Shown here piece by piece: positions 51,793 through 61,290 of a stretch of DNA of 64,000 nucleotides (position 1 is the stretch's first letter; each line of letters begins with the position of its first letter). Source of the stretch: an uncultured Chroococcidiopsis sp. (GTDB taxonomy: Bacteria > Cyanobacteriota > Cyanobacteriia > Cyanobacteriales > Chroococcidiopsidaceae); assembly GCA_964248365.1 (NCBI GenBank), contig CAXTYC010000008.1:86492-150491 (forward strand), written 5' to 3'. A model generated the notes under the pieces. That model did no database searches and was not told the DNA's origin. It was given only the letters and a program-made list of their open reading frames with translations. Made by a program: the position numbers and the translations under genes.

Positions 51793-52688
51793 TTCGTACC
51801 TCTAAATAGTGTAGTAAGTCATGGTCGAAAAGCGATCGCCAAAACATAGCTGTGCTGTACGCAGTACCAGTGCGTCAGCTACTAGCTAAATGTTTAGCAA
51901 GCAAAATTTATCAGATTAAAAAAGGGCAGCCGTCTTTGAGATATAAGTGCTAAGTGCTGCCTTTTTTATTGGCATTTTGGAATTAAATTAATTAATTTCC
52001 CTTCAAAGGTGAGAACAACTGTTTTGAAGTAAGGTTGTGCAATTAGGAAGTGTAGGAAAGTAAAAGGTTGATGAACCATTACACTTGAGTTTCAAGATAA
52101 AGCGCTGGGGATAAGAGCGTTCATGAAACGGGACACGACCGAACTAAACATAAAGGTAATATTTAGTTCGTTTGTTATCCAATGGAGTTTTTACTGAAAT
52201 TATTTTTCAGTGGATTTCACGCAGAAATTTAACCCCTTTTGCTATTTGGGAAAAAATACCTCGTAATTGTACGGTCACAATCGTAGATAGATTGCTTAAA
52301 AAAGCCTGCTATGCTTCTTTGAGCAAGGAAAAGGCGACTGCTCAAACAAGAGTGTCAATTATAAATATTTTTAATTAGTTATTAAGTGATTAAATAGTAA
52401 TAGATACTGTTAGAAGTCGTTTTTGACTTTGATTGTGCTGAGGAATTTATATTGGATTTCTATTTGAGCGAGTTAATTTATCGGGAAAGTAGTAAATCTT
52501 ACGGAGATAACTGTAAGCATTGGGCTGATGTCGGTAGTTTCCCCGCAGGGGATCTAATTGCATAAAAGATTGCTCCCAGGCAAGAGCTTGGGAGCAAGGA
52601 ATAGGGGTTATGTTCTTTGTAGTAAAATTCTCGCTCATGTGGGCAATCCCTCCGCATGGTGTAATACCCAGCTTCGCCCACCTACAGT

Positions 52689-55523
52689 TTACAAAGGCTG
52701 TAACTGCGATCCGATTAGCGTACCCGCAGCCTCGCTTTCTACTGGCTTCGAGAAAAAGTAACCCTGCCCATATTCGCATTTGAGCGTGTTAAGCCGAGCC
52801 AGTTGCCCTGCTGTTTCTACCCCTGCTACAGTCAGATCCATATTTAGGTTGTGGGCGATCGCCATAATAGTCTGTAGAATTTCTAAACTCTCTTCATCGC
52901 GATCAATCTGACTTACAAGCGAGCGATCGACATTTAACAAGTTGAAGTGTTCGTAACACATACGACTTGGTAGGCGTTGTATCAGGCTAAGGAATGAATA
53001 GCCTATACCCAGGTTATCAACCTGCAACTGAACACCCAATGCTTTTAGTTGCAAAAGTTTTTCATTTGCCAAGTCAATATTTTGCAAAATTACATTCTCA
53101 GGAATCTCTAGTCTGAGACTACAAGCATTCAACTCAGCTTCTGACAAAGCTTGCTCAATTCGCTGGCATAGAAGAGGTTGGTAAAACTGTTTACTTGAGA
53201 GATTGACACTAATTGTCAAAGGCGCTGGGGAAAATTGTTCCTGCCATTGACGCATTTGACGGCAAGCCTTGCGCAACGCCCACCAGCCAATAGGGACAAT
53301 TAAACCAGTTTCTTCAAGTAGTGGCATAAACTCTGCTGGCGACACTATACCCCGTGTCGGGTGCTGCCAACGCAAGAGAGCTTCAAAACCAATGATTTTA
53401 TTAGTTTGTAAAACTACAATCGGTTGGTAGTGAATTTGAAACTCCTGACGCTCAAACGCCTGCTTTAAGTCCGTATCCAATGGCGATGGCACTAACTCAA
53501 TTGTATTTATAGGCGTATCTAGTATATTTGTACGTCTTGCTCCTGGCATTGAGTAATCTGTTGCTATGGCGTTTTTTGCCTTTAATTCTTTTACTTGTGC
53601 ATCAGCCTGGGTAGATTTAGGTGTGTATTCAGGCACTAGCTGCTGTAGTAAAAAGACGATCAAATTTGGGTCATTTTGCCGTGCTGCTTCACAAAGGGCT
53701 TCTACTAAAGAATTAAGAGTTTTTGGAACAATACTACTGGCGTTTTTGAGAATCATAATTTTTTTATGCTCAGTAGGTCCATATTCCTCACCTGGAATAA
53801 ATAATTCTTCGTATAGCTTTTCTCCAGGTCTTAGCCCTGTAAATTGAATTTTAATGTCTTTGTCTACTTCGTACCCAGACAGGCGAATCAAATCCTTTGC
53901 CAGGTCAACGATTTTCACTGGCTGTCCCATATCCAGCATTAATATCTCGCCACCACGCCCAAGTACAGCAGACTGTAAAACGAGTTGAACTGCTTCAGGA
54001 ATAGTCATGAAGTAGCGACAAATATCAGGATGAGTGACACTGATAGGTCCACCCTGAGCAATTTGTTGTTTGAATGTGGGGACAACACTGCCTCTACTTC
54101 CCAGAACGTTGCCAAATCGTACTACGACAAAAGGCTTACCACTCTTTTTAGCTGCTTGCAGCACTAGCATTTCGGCAGTTCTTTTACTTGCTCCCATGAT
54201 ATTGGTAGGATTTACTGCCTTGTCTGTGGAAATCATGACAAAGTGATTCACATCATATCGCAAGGCAAGATCGAGCAGATTTTTTGTGCCTAAAACATTA
54301 TTGGTAATCGCCTCTGGTGAATTTGCTTCCATTAGCGGTACGTGCTTATGAGCCGCCGCATGGAAAATGATATCAGGTCGGAAAGTGTTAAAAGCGTACT
54401 CTAGTCGTGATGGAAATCGAATATCGGCTATGAAGCAAGCTAGGCGGGGCATATATCCTTCGACTGCCCCATCTTGTCTAAGTGTCTCCAAAACTCGCTC
54501 TAGCTCTTGTTGGATACCAAAGACTGAGTTTTCACCGTGTCCTATAAGCATGATTTCGGCAGGGCGAGACTTGAAAACTTGGCGACACAGTTCACTACCA
54601 ATTGATCCTCCTGCGCCTGTGATCAGTACCTTTTTGCCCATTAAAAATTTGGATACACTTTGGACATCGGTTTGTATCGGTTCCCGTCGCAATAGATCTT
54701 CTATTTTGATGTCTCGAATGCTTTCTATGCCTACGCGACCATTGACTATTTCATTAAATCCAGGTAGGGTACTGGTACGAGTGCCAACGGATTGACAAAT
54801 GTCTAAAATGTCCCGCATTACTTTTCCGGTAACACTCGGCATGGCAATAATGACGCGGTTGATATCTAGCGATCGCACATATTTGGGAATACTCAAGCGA
54901 TCCCCCACTACAGGTACGCCACGAATGTATAGTTTTAATTTAGCTGGGTCATCGTCGATGAAAGCGATCGGGTAAAGCCCTAGCTTCGGATCGTGTTGCA
55001 TCTGTTGTACCAAATTTACACCCGCATTCCCTGCACCTACGATCAGTACGCGCTCACCATGAGTAGAATTTTTCTGCTTTTGACTGACTCTTTCGACCGC
55101 ACGTATACTAAAACGTAAACCGCCGACAAAGAGCAAGCTAAGTATCCCATCTACCAGTGGTAGACTTCGCGGTAGAAATTGGTCTGCACCAAACAAGTGA
55201 TTGCGTGCATATACAAATATAGTTTCCAACACTATCACAGCCGCTGCTAGCATACTCATTTGAGTTAGTTCATCGATGCTGGCGTAACGCCAGTATCGTC
55301 TGTAAAATCCAAACCCATAAAGTACGCTCAGTTTTAATACCAGGAATATTGTTGTAACGATAAGTAGGTGAAATCCATATGTATGAACTATATGGAAAAT
55401 ATTGAACCTATCTAATCGCAAGGCAAGCGCCACTGTAGGTGTGAGCAAAAAGGCGATCGCATCAATGACAATGAAATGTCTATTCCTTAGTTTTAATAAA
55501 GTTTTGGATATTGTGTCTATCAT
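52689..55523 (-). CDS. CapD/PglF-type nucleotide-sugar 4,6-dehydratase fused to a C-terminal EAL domain
   Basis: Four N-terminal TMs, GAGNAG, GAGGSIGSE, HAAAHKHVP, STDKAV, MGASK, RFGNVLGSRGSV, GLRPGEKLYEEL; then HYQPIV..FEALLRWQHP..QGYFFSKP. Confidence 0.9.
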   Translation of the reverse strand: MIDTISKTLLKLRNRHFIVIDAIAFLLTPTVALALRLDRFNIFHIVHTYGFHLLIVTTIFLVLKLSVLYGFGFYRRYWRYASIDELTQMSMLAAAVIVLETIFVYARNHLFGADQFLPRSLPLVDGILSLLFVGGLRFSIRAVERVSQKQKNSTHGERVLIVGAGNAGVNLVQQMQHDPKLGLYPIAFIDDDPAKLKLYIRGVPVVGDRLSIPKYVRSLDINRVIIAMPSVTGKVMRDILDICQSVGTRTSTLPGFNEIVNGRVGIESIRDIKIEDLLRREPIQTDVQSVSKFLMGKKVLITGAGGSIGSELCRQVFKSRPAEIMLIGHGENSVFGIQQELERVLETLRQDGAVEGYMPRLACFIADIRFPSRLEYAFNTFRPDIIFHAAAHKHVPLMEANSPEAITNNVLGTKNLLDLALRYDVNHFVMISTDKAVNPTNIMGASKRTAEMLVLQAAKKSGKPFVVVRFGNVLGSRGSVVPTFKQQIAQGGPISVTHPDICRYFMTIPEAVQLVLQSAVLGRGGEILMLDMGQPVKIVDLAKDLIRLSGYEVDKDIKIQFTGLRPGEKLYEELFIPGEEYGPTEHKKIMILKNASSIVPKTLNSLVEALCEAARQNDPNLIVFLLQQLVPEYTPKSTQADAQVKELKAKNAIATDYSMPGARRTNILDTPINTIELVPSPLDTDLKQAFERQEFQIHYQPIVVLQTNKIIGFEALLRWQHPTRGIVSPAEFMPLLEETGLIVPIGWWALRKACRQMRQWQEQFSPAPLTISVNLSSKQFYQPLLCQRIEQALSEAELNACSLRLEIPENVILQNIDLANEKLLQLKALGVQLQVDNLGIGYSFLSLIQRLPSRMCYEHFNLLNVDRSLVSQIDRDEESLEILQTIMAIAHNLNMDLTVAGVETAGQLARLNTLKCEYGQGYFFSKPVESEAAGTLIGSQLQPL

Positions 55524-55923
55524 TTGCTTCATCTTTTTTTAATTTCACAAAATTTTGTTCAATTAATATTACTGTTTACCTCTCTTATCAAACCTAAAGG
55601 TAAACAAGGTATCAGTTTAGAAAATTTATTAAGACTAGCAGGCTGCAACTCTTACACTATGAGCGTCCTGCTACCAGGTAAAAATAGCATATCAATTGCC
55701 TATAACAGTTTCTTTTTTCTGGAAAATCGGTGATTTTTTTCCTCGTATCTGTCCTAGAGCAACCCTGAGACCTAAATTTAATAGGTACTATATTTGTTCA
55801 GGTTTTTTTATCCTGAATCCACTAAATCTAGCTAACAAATCATTGTTGATTAATCTCCGATTTCTTAGCATTTAATTTAATCACTGTTAGAACCATACCA
55901 CATTTATTTATCAACACAAACGT

Positions 55924-55966
55924 TTTTCACATGATTTTCACATGAGTTTCACAGGATTTTTACACA
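55924..55966. promoter_or_regulatory. Four direct repeats with 11-bp period (TTTTCACATGA-like) upstream of the CapD-EAL gene
   Basis: TTTTCACATGA TTTTCACATGA GTTTCACAGGA TTTTTACACA. Confidence 0.55.
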
Positions 55967-56420
55967 AAATTGAAAATTTATTTATAAGAAACTTGAATGA
56001 TAAGCTAATACACCTAGATAAGTTGCATTCTTTCGATTATGATCTTTTTTGTCCTTTGTCAATAGCCGTTCGTCTCTTGTTTGTAACTCTTAACTCTTGA
56101 GTTTTGACGACCTTAAAGAGAAATATACAATCTTATTTGCGGCTCAGCTTATCATAGTAGCTTTACTAATATTTGAGGCAATATTTATTACATTGAACCA
56201 CAGATATAAGTTAAGGTAAAACCAGTAATGGCTGTTTATCACATCATACAGATCATGTGTTTTCATGATATTAATCTTTAAGCGATTAGCTAAAAGCTTG
56301 CTTAGTAACTGGTAACTGGTCGCTGCTCACGCTTTGCTTTGTAAGTAAAATTAAATTTTGGGCGCTGCCATGCCAGTATAAAGAAAGAGAGAATTTAGTT
56401 GACAAAGTGACCCACTTGCA

Positions 56421-57389
56421 GTGCAGATTACATTTTTAGGGACAAGTTCTGGTGTACCGACGCGATCGCGCAATGTTTCTAGCGTCGCTCTGCGTTTGCC
56501 GCAACGGGCAGAGATATGGTTATTTGACTGCGGTGAAGGAACCCAGCATCAAATTTTGCGGAGCGATCTGAAAATTAGTCAAATCACCCGCATCTTTATC
56601 ACCCATATGCATGGCGATCATGTATTCGGTTTGATGGGGCTTTTAGCTACCTGCGGTTTAGCTGGTAATCCCCACCGAATCGATATTTATGGTCCACCTA
56701 AGCTGGATGAATATCTTCGTGCCTGTAGCCGTTATTCTCAAAGCCATTTGTCCTATCCACTACAAGTTCACACTATACAGCCAGGTGTAGTCTACGAAGA
56801 CGAAGAATTTACAGTTAGCTGTGAGCGATTAGAGCATCGTGTGACTGCCTTTGGCTACCGAGTAGCAGAACTCGACCGTCCAGGGCGCTTTGATGTCGAG
56901 AAAGCTAAGGCGTTGCAAATTCCTCCAGGCAGAGTATACGGTCAGCTAAAGCGGGGTGAAACAGTAACGCTAAACGATGGACGAGTAATTAACGGATCTT
57001 CTTTGTGTGGACCTACCGAAAGGGGGCGATCGCTGGCATACTGCACTGACACAATTTATACCGAAAGCGCGGTATCCCTAGCACAGGATGTAGATGTGTT
57101 AATACACGAAGCGACTTTCTCTCATCAGGATGCTGAACTTGCTTTTCAACGAATGCATTCCACCTCAACAATGGCGGCGCAAGTAGCGTTAGCTGCAAAA
57201 GCGAAGCTGCTGATTATGACTCATTTCAGTCCGCGTTATGCGCCTGGAAATGACATAGAGTTACAGCATCTACTTGAAGAAGCTCGTGCTATTTTCCCCA
57301 ATACACAGATGGCTTACGACTTTTTGACTTATGAAATACCCAGACGCAGGGAACTAGTAGCTAGCGGAACCAGTGGAACCAGTGGCTAG
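56421..57389 (+). CDS. rnz: Ribonuclease Z
   Basis: [39 protein letters not shown]. Confidence 0.96.
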   Translation: MQITFLGTSSGVPTRSRNVSSVALRLPQRAEIWLFDCGEGTQHQILRSDLKISQITRIFITHMHGDHVFGLMGLLATCGLAGNPHRIDIYGPPKLDEYLRACSRYSQSHLSYPLQVHTIQPGVVYEDEEFTVSCERLEHRVTAFGYRVAELDRPGRFDVEKAKALQIPPGRVYGQLKRGETVTLNDGRVINGSSLCGPTERGRSLAYCTDTIYTESAVSLAQDVDVLIHEATFSHQDAELAFQRMHSTSTMAAQVALAAKAKLLIMTHFSPRYAPGNDIELQHLLEEARAIFPNTQMAYDFLTYEIPRRRELVASGTSGTSG

Positions 57390-57516
57390 AAAAAAGGGAA
57401 AAGGGTAAAGGTATTTTCTCCCCCTCTCCCTCTCTCCCCTGATTCCCTACTCCCTCTCTTACCTCGTTCTGATCGGAGGAAACCTCCGCGCTTGTCTTCG
57501 CGCTACTCCCCCATCC

Positions 57517-57933
57517 CTACTCCCTCTTCTGGAGCCGATCGCGGATTACCATTAATTGTGTTTGAGAATTAACAGGCGATCGCGGGGAGGGAACTTCAGT
57601 ATTGGGCCAGTTGGGTAAATTATTGCAGGGACAGAATAATGGTGGCATCCCTACATTGCGCATTGGTATTGGCATATTGCAACGAGCGCAGGGAGCCATC
57701 ACCCATTCTGGTGTAAGTAATTGAGCTAGAGTTTCCCCAGTTCCTTCTAGGTGACACTCTCCGCTATCTGGTGAAGTAACTTTAGTCCAACACTCTTCAA
57801 ATGCTTGACTGTAGCGATCGCCAGAAATCACTGGTTGTGGTAGCAGGCATTCTTGCCCATTACGAATTAGAATCGGCTTACCTAACTGAAACCAGTAGGC
57901 TAAATATTCTCTTACTTCTTGTGCAGATGCCAT
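57517..57933 (-). CDS. Cys-containing hypothetical protein
   Basis: MASAQEVREYLAYWFQLGK; CARC and CPC motifs. Confidence 0.75.
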   Translation of the reverse strand: MASAQEVREYLAYWFQLGKPILIRNGQECLLPQPVISGDRYSQAFEECWTKVTSPDSGECHLEGTGETLAQLLTPEWVMAPCARCNMPIPMRNVGMPPLFCPCNNLPNWPNTEVPSPRSPVNSQTQLMVIRDRLQKRE

Positions 57934-58012
57934 TTTTAATAATTTAATGATAAATTTTATTTCACCTTAGAACTGAATAACTTGGAAAAAAGCTCTAACT
58001 CTATGCTATCTC

Positions 58013-58585
58013 CTAGGATTGGGTATTGCTGGGCAGTGCAAAACCGAGATTACTGAGGTTAAGAACGTGACCGCCTGTTACTAAGTACACCGTACTTGCG
58101 ATCGCTCCCAAGCGTCGGATTAAATCGCCCAGGCGATCGCGGAATAACCTCCCAGTCGAATAAGCTGGCACTACACCCCAACCAGTTTCTTCTGCCACTA
58201 TAATCACATCCTTACTGCCAACCTGCTCTAAATTAAAGATTAAATTTTGCCCAATCCTCTCCCAACTGGCGTTATCTTCCTCCAACAAATTAGCCACCCA
58301 AGTACCCAAAGAATCAATCAACAAGCAACTAAAGTCGGGAGTAGATTGAATAGTTTCCACCAAATTTTGTGGCACTTCCAGAGTTACCCACTCATCTGGA
58401 CGGCGATTGCGATGTTGTTCAATTCGCAACAGCCATTCCCAATCAGCCCTGTCAAGTTTAGCCGTCGCCACATAAAATATAGATTTGCCCGACTCTAGAG
58501 CTAAAGTTTCCGCCCATTCACTTTTGCCACATCGGGCGGCTCCAGTTACTAAAATGACTCTACCTGTAGCAGGATCGGAATTCAT
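58013..58585 (-). CDS. cobU: Adenosylcobinamide kinase / adenosylcobinamide-phosphate guanylyltransferase
   Basis: LVTGAARCGKS, YVATA, RIEQHRNRRP, EETGWGVVP, FRDRLG. Confidence 0.93.
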   Translation of the reverse strand: MNSDPATGRVILVTGAARCGKSEWAETLALESGKSIFYVATAKLDRADWEWLLRIEQHRNRRPDEWVTLEVPQNLVETIQSTPDFSCLLIDSLGTWVANLLEEDNASWERIGQNLIFNLEQVGSKDVIIVAEETGWGVVPAYSTGRLFRDRLGDLIRRLGAIASTVYLVTGGHVLNLSNLGFALPSNTQS

Positions 58586-58920
58586 CTTTAATAGATACAA
58601 TTATCGCCATCAAGAATAATCATGCATTGAAACAGTTGTCAGTTACCAGTTATCAGTTATCAATTTCACAGCAGAGGTCGGAGGTCAGAGGTTCACTGGT
58701 GGGGTCATTGCTTACAAGTATTGAGTGGGGTACTATCTATTTACCTTCAGGTGTTAGTAAAAAGTGGGGGTAACTGATCATTGGTAATTGGTAACTGATC
58801 ATTGGTAAGTGATAACTGTAAAACTGGTAACTGACTACTGACGAGGGTAGCTGATGTTAATGCAGTAGCATTTTACTACTAAACAGAACAAACGTAATTA
58901 TCAATTGCTAGTTGCTCATT

Positions 58921-59751
58921 ATGAAACAAGCTTTAAAACGGATTGAAGAAGCTCTAAACCAATTAGAGACGCGAAAGAATGCTGCTAATCCTCAGCGAGA
59001 GCCAGCCAAACGCAGCTATTCTTTTGATTTACACAAGCCGCCAAACAGCGATTTTCCTCAACCGCAAGTAGGTGATTCTTCTACACAGACAAAACAAGCC
59101 CTTCTTGCACCTAAATTACCGTATTTCAATGTTCTGGGCAACTATTGCCCCCCAGCAGAAGAAACAAATTTAGAAGTAAGCTCGTTACCAGAAAATCTCA
59201 CAGAAGATAGTGATGACCGAAGAAGAGCTGGGGGAGCTGGGGGAGCTGGGGAAGTTGAAGAAAATTCGTCTGGTTGCGCCTTTGCACCGGACACTTTGCC
59301 TCCTGTCGGAGGGGGGGTGTCCTCGTCTTTGCGTGACACTAATTCAAAATTCAAAATCCAAAATTCCCTCACGTCGTCCCCCCAAAAGGCGATTGAGCAA
59401 GTTGTGCATCAAATTCAAGACCTTTACCACCAGGGACCGATTGTAGATGGCTACTTAGAGTATTATCCCCCAGCACCAGAGCAGAGCGACTCAACTTTGT
59501 TAAGGGAAGTTTGCTTTGAACGTGTAATCGACAATCTAGAAGAAGTTAATAGTTTGACATCAGGGCAAGAAATTAGCGAGTTACCTGGTGCTAGCTACCG
59601 TTTGTGTGGTGTAGATGCATCTGGTCAACACTGGTCTTATCCTTGTCCTTTAGACCAATTGACAAGTGTAAGCATGGCGATCGCGCGTTACCAAAAACTA
59701 CAGCAACTGTTGCAGCAAAAGTATGAACTTGAACAAGTGGCTGGTGACTAG
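58921..59751 (+). CDS. Hypothetical protein
   Basis: GPIVDGYLE, YRLCG..CPLDQL..VSMAIARYQKL; contains a repeat-derived insert. Confidence 0.7.
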   Translation: MKQALKRIEEALNQLETRKNAANPQREPAKRSYSFDLHKPPNSDFPQPQVGDSSTQTKQALLAPKLPYFNVLGNYCPPAEETNLEVSSLPENLTEDSDDRRRAGGAGGAGEVEENSSGCAFAPDTLPPVGGGVSSSLRDTNSKFKIQNSLTSSPQKAIEQVVHQIQDLYHQGPIVDGYLEYYPPAPEQSDSTLLREVCFERVIDNLEEVNSLTSGQEISELPGASYRLCGVDASGQHWSYPCPLDQLTSVSMAIARYQKLQQLLQQKYELEQVAGD

Positions 59752-59854
59752 TAACTAGTGACTAGAAAAACAAGCAATAGACTACAAGTAGAAATTCCAG
59801 CTTTAATTCTCACCTTACATCTATTGAGTGAGAATTCTAGCCACTAGCCACTAA

Positions 59855-61204
59855 TTACTCGTTCATATTGCGATAAGTAGCAACTGCTGAAGGTGAAATG
59901 CGGTTGAGATAGCGGAATATCCAATACTTGAATATAGTATCTAAAATTACTGGGAAAGTAGCAATAAATAGGAAGATGAAATCGTGATTTTCTGGTAGTC
60001 CAAGATGGCGAGATATATTTGCTAGAATTACTTCCCAGCCGTGAGGTGAGTGAAACCCTACAAAGACATCAGTAAATAGAATGATAATAAATGCCTTAGC
60101 ACTATCGCTAAGACCATACACTATCTGATCAAAAAATTCCTTCAATACTGCCAATTCTCGCTTGCTGATCAGGAGCAGCCAGATAAAAGCACCTACAGAT
60201 AATATATCTGCAAACACATTTTTCAGCGCATTGGAACTCTCGGCGCGAAATTCCTCAGCTAATTCTTCTACCTTCTCCTTTAGTTGCTCCTCCACCTTTT
60301 CTGGAGAAGGTTCAAAAACCCCATTCAATAAATTTTGAAACTTGATTTTTTCCTCAAATCTTTGCAGTTCTAATAGGGCTTTTTCTTCCATTTCAGAATT
60401 GAGGAATATTCTAGCCTCTGAGGAACTTCTAAAATGGTCAACAATTGGACTGACGATTAAGTTTTTTGATACCTGAAAAGTGAGAAAAGGTACTATAATT
60501 AGTAGTAAGACCAACCTAACAGAAACTATGGTTCTGCGCTGAGAAGAACGAAATTTTTTGACTACTTCTTCCTCCGCATTGGGATCTAATTCAATCTGGA
60601 GACGATTTAGTGTATTGATAATAGATCTTGGCAGTACGTTCGTTTCTTCAGCTTTACTACTTACTTTTTTGTCTATTTTAATAGACGTTTCTGGCTGTTC
60701 TGTAATATTTACTAACGATTGTCCCCGCACTGTATTGACAATTTCAGGAATTTTTGCTGTTGAGGGTAGATTTTCTTCGGTTCTATATTTCGCTACTACT
60801 TCATCAATAAATCTGAGTTTTTCTAGAATTAAATTAGGATTATTTCTTGGTTGAATCGCAAAGGAGTCTTTAGCAGAAGTTGTGCCATCTTTTCTGGATA
60901 GTTTTGTAATTGTTTGGTTAGAACTGCCAAAAAATGAACGAGTTGCATTAAATTCTACAAGCCTCATGCGAATAGTTTTTAAGTGTTTTTTCAGATCTGA
61001 CTGAAAATAAGCAAAAACGCTACCGCCGTAGTTAGCAGATTCAGGTGCTATTTTCTTACCGTTAAAGTGTTCATCTTCGATTGCCTTGATTAGTAAAGCA
61101 GCCTTGTATGCTTCATCTAGCGATCGCTCTGGTGTATCTAAGTACCATTGTTGAGCGCTGCGTAAGTAAGAATAAACTCTTTGTGTCCAATCAGACTTTT
61201 TCAT
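59855..61204 (-). CDS. pcxA: Proton extrusion protein PcxA (CemA/CotA)
   Basis: LSDSAKAFIIILFTDVFVGFHSPHGWE, FPVILDTIFKYWIFRYLNRISPS. Confidence 0.95.
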   Translation of the reverse strand: MKKSDWTQRVYSYLRSAQQWYLDTPERSLDEAYKAALLIKAIEDEHFNGKKIAPESANYGGSVFAYFQSDLKKHLKTIRMRLVEFNATRSFFGSSNQTITKLSRKDGTTSAKDSFAIQPRNNPNLILEKLRFIDEVVAKYRTEENLPSTAKIPEIVNTVRGQSLVNITEQPETSIKIDKKVSSKAEETNVLPRSIINTLNRLQIELDPNAEEEVVKKFRSSQRRTIVSVRLVLLLIIVPFLTFQVSKNLIVSPIVDHFRSSSEARIFLNSEMEEKALLELQRFEEKIKFQNLLNGVFEPSPEKVEEQLKEKVEELAEEFRAESSNALKNVFADILSVGAFIWLLLISKRELAVLKEFFDQIVYGLSDSAKAFIIILFTDVFVGFHSPHGWEVILANISRHLGLPENHDFIFLFIATFPVILDTIFKYWIFRYLNRISPSAVATYRNMNE

Positions 61205-61290
61205 CGCCAGCAACTATCCAGCTTTGATAAAAAATTTTAAATTTAAGCTAGTGTACGAGGTATCTTAACAAATCTTCGAGGTAACGGTGT

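Noticed and set aside
51800..52680. c-di-GMP riboswitch next to the EAL-fusion gene; ORFs 52172..52378, 52447..52779 and 52499..52681
   Set aside because: No GEMM consensus recognised on either strand; the small ORFs have no recognisable motifs.
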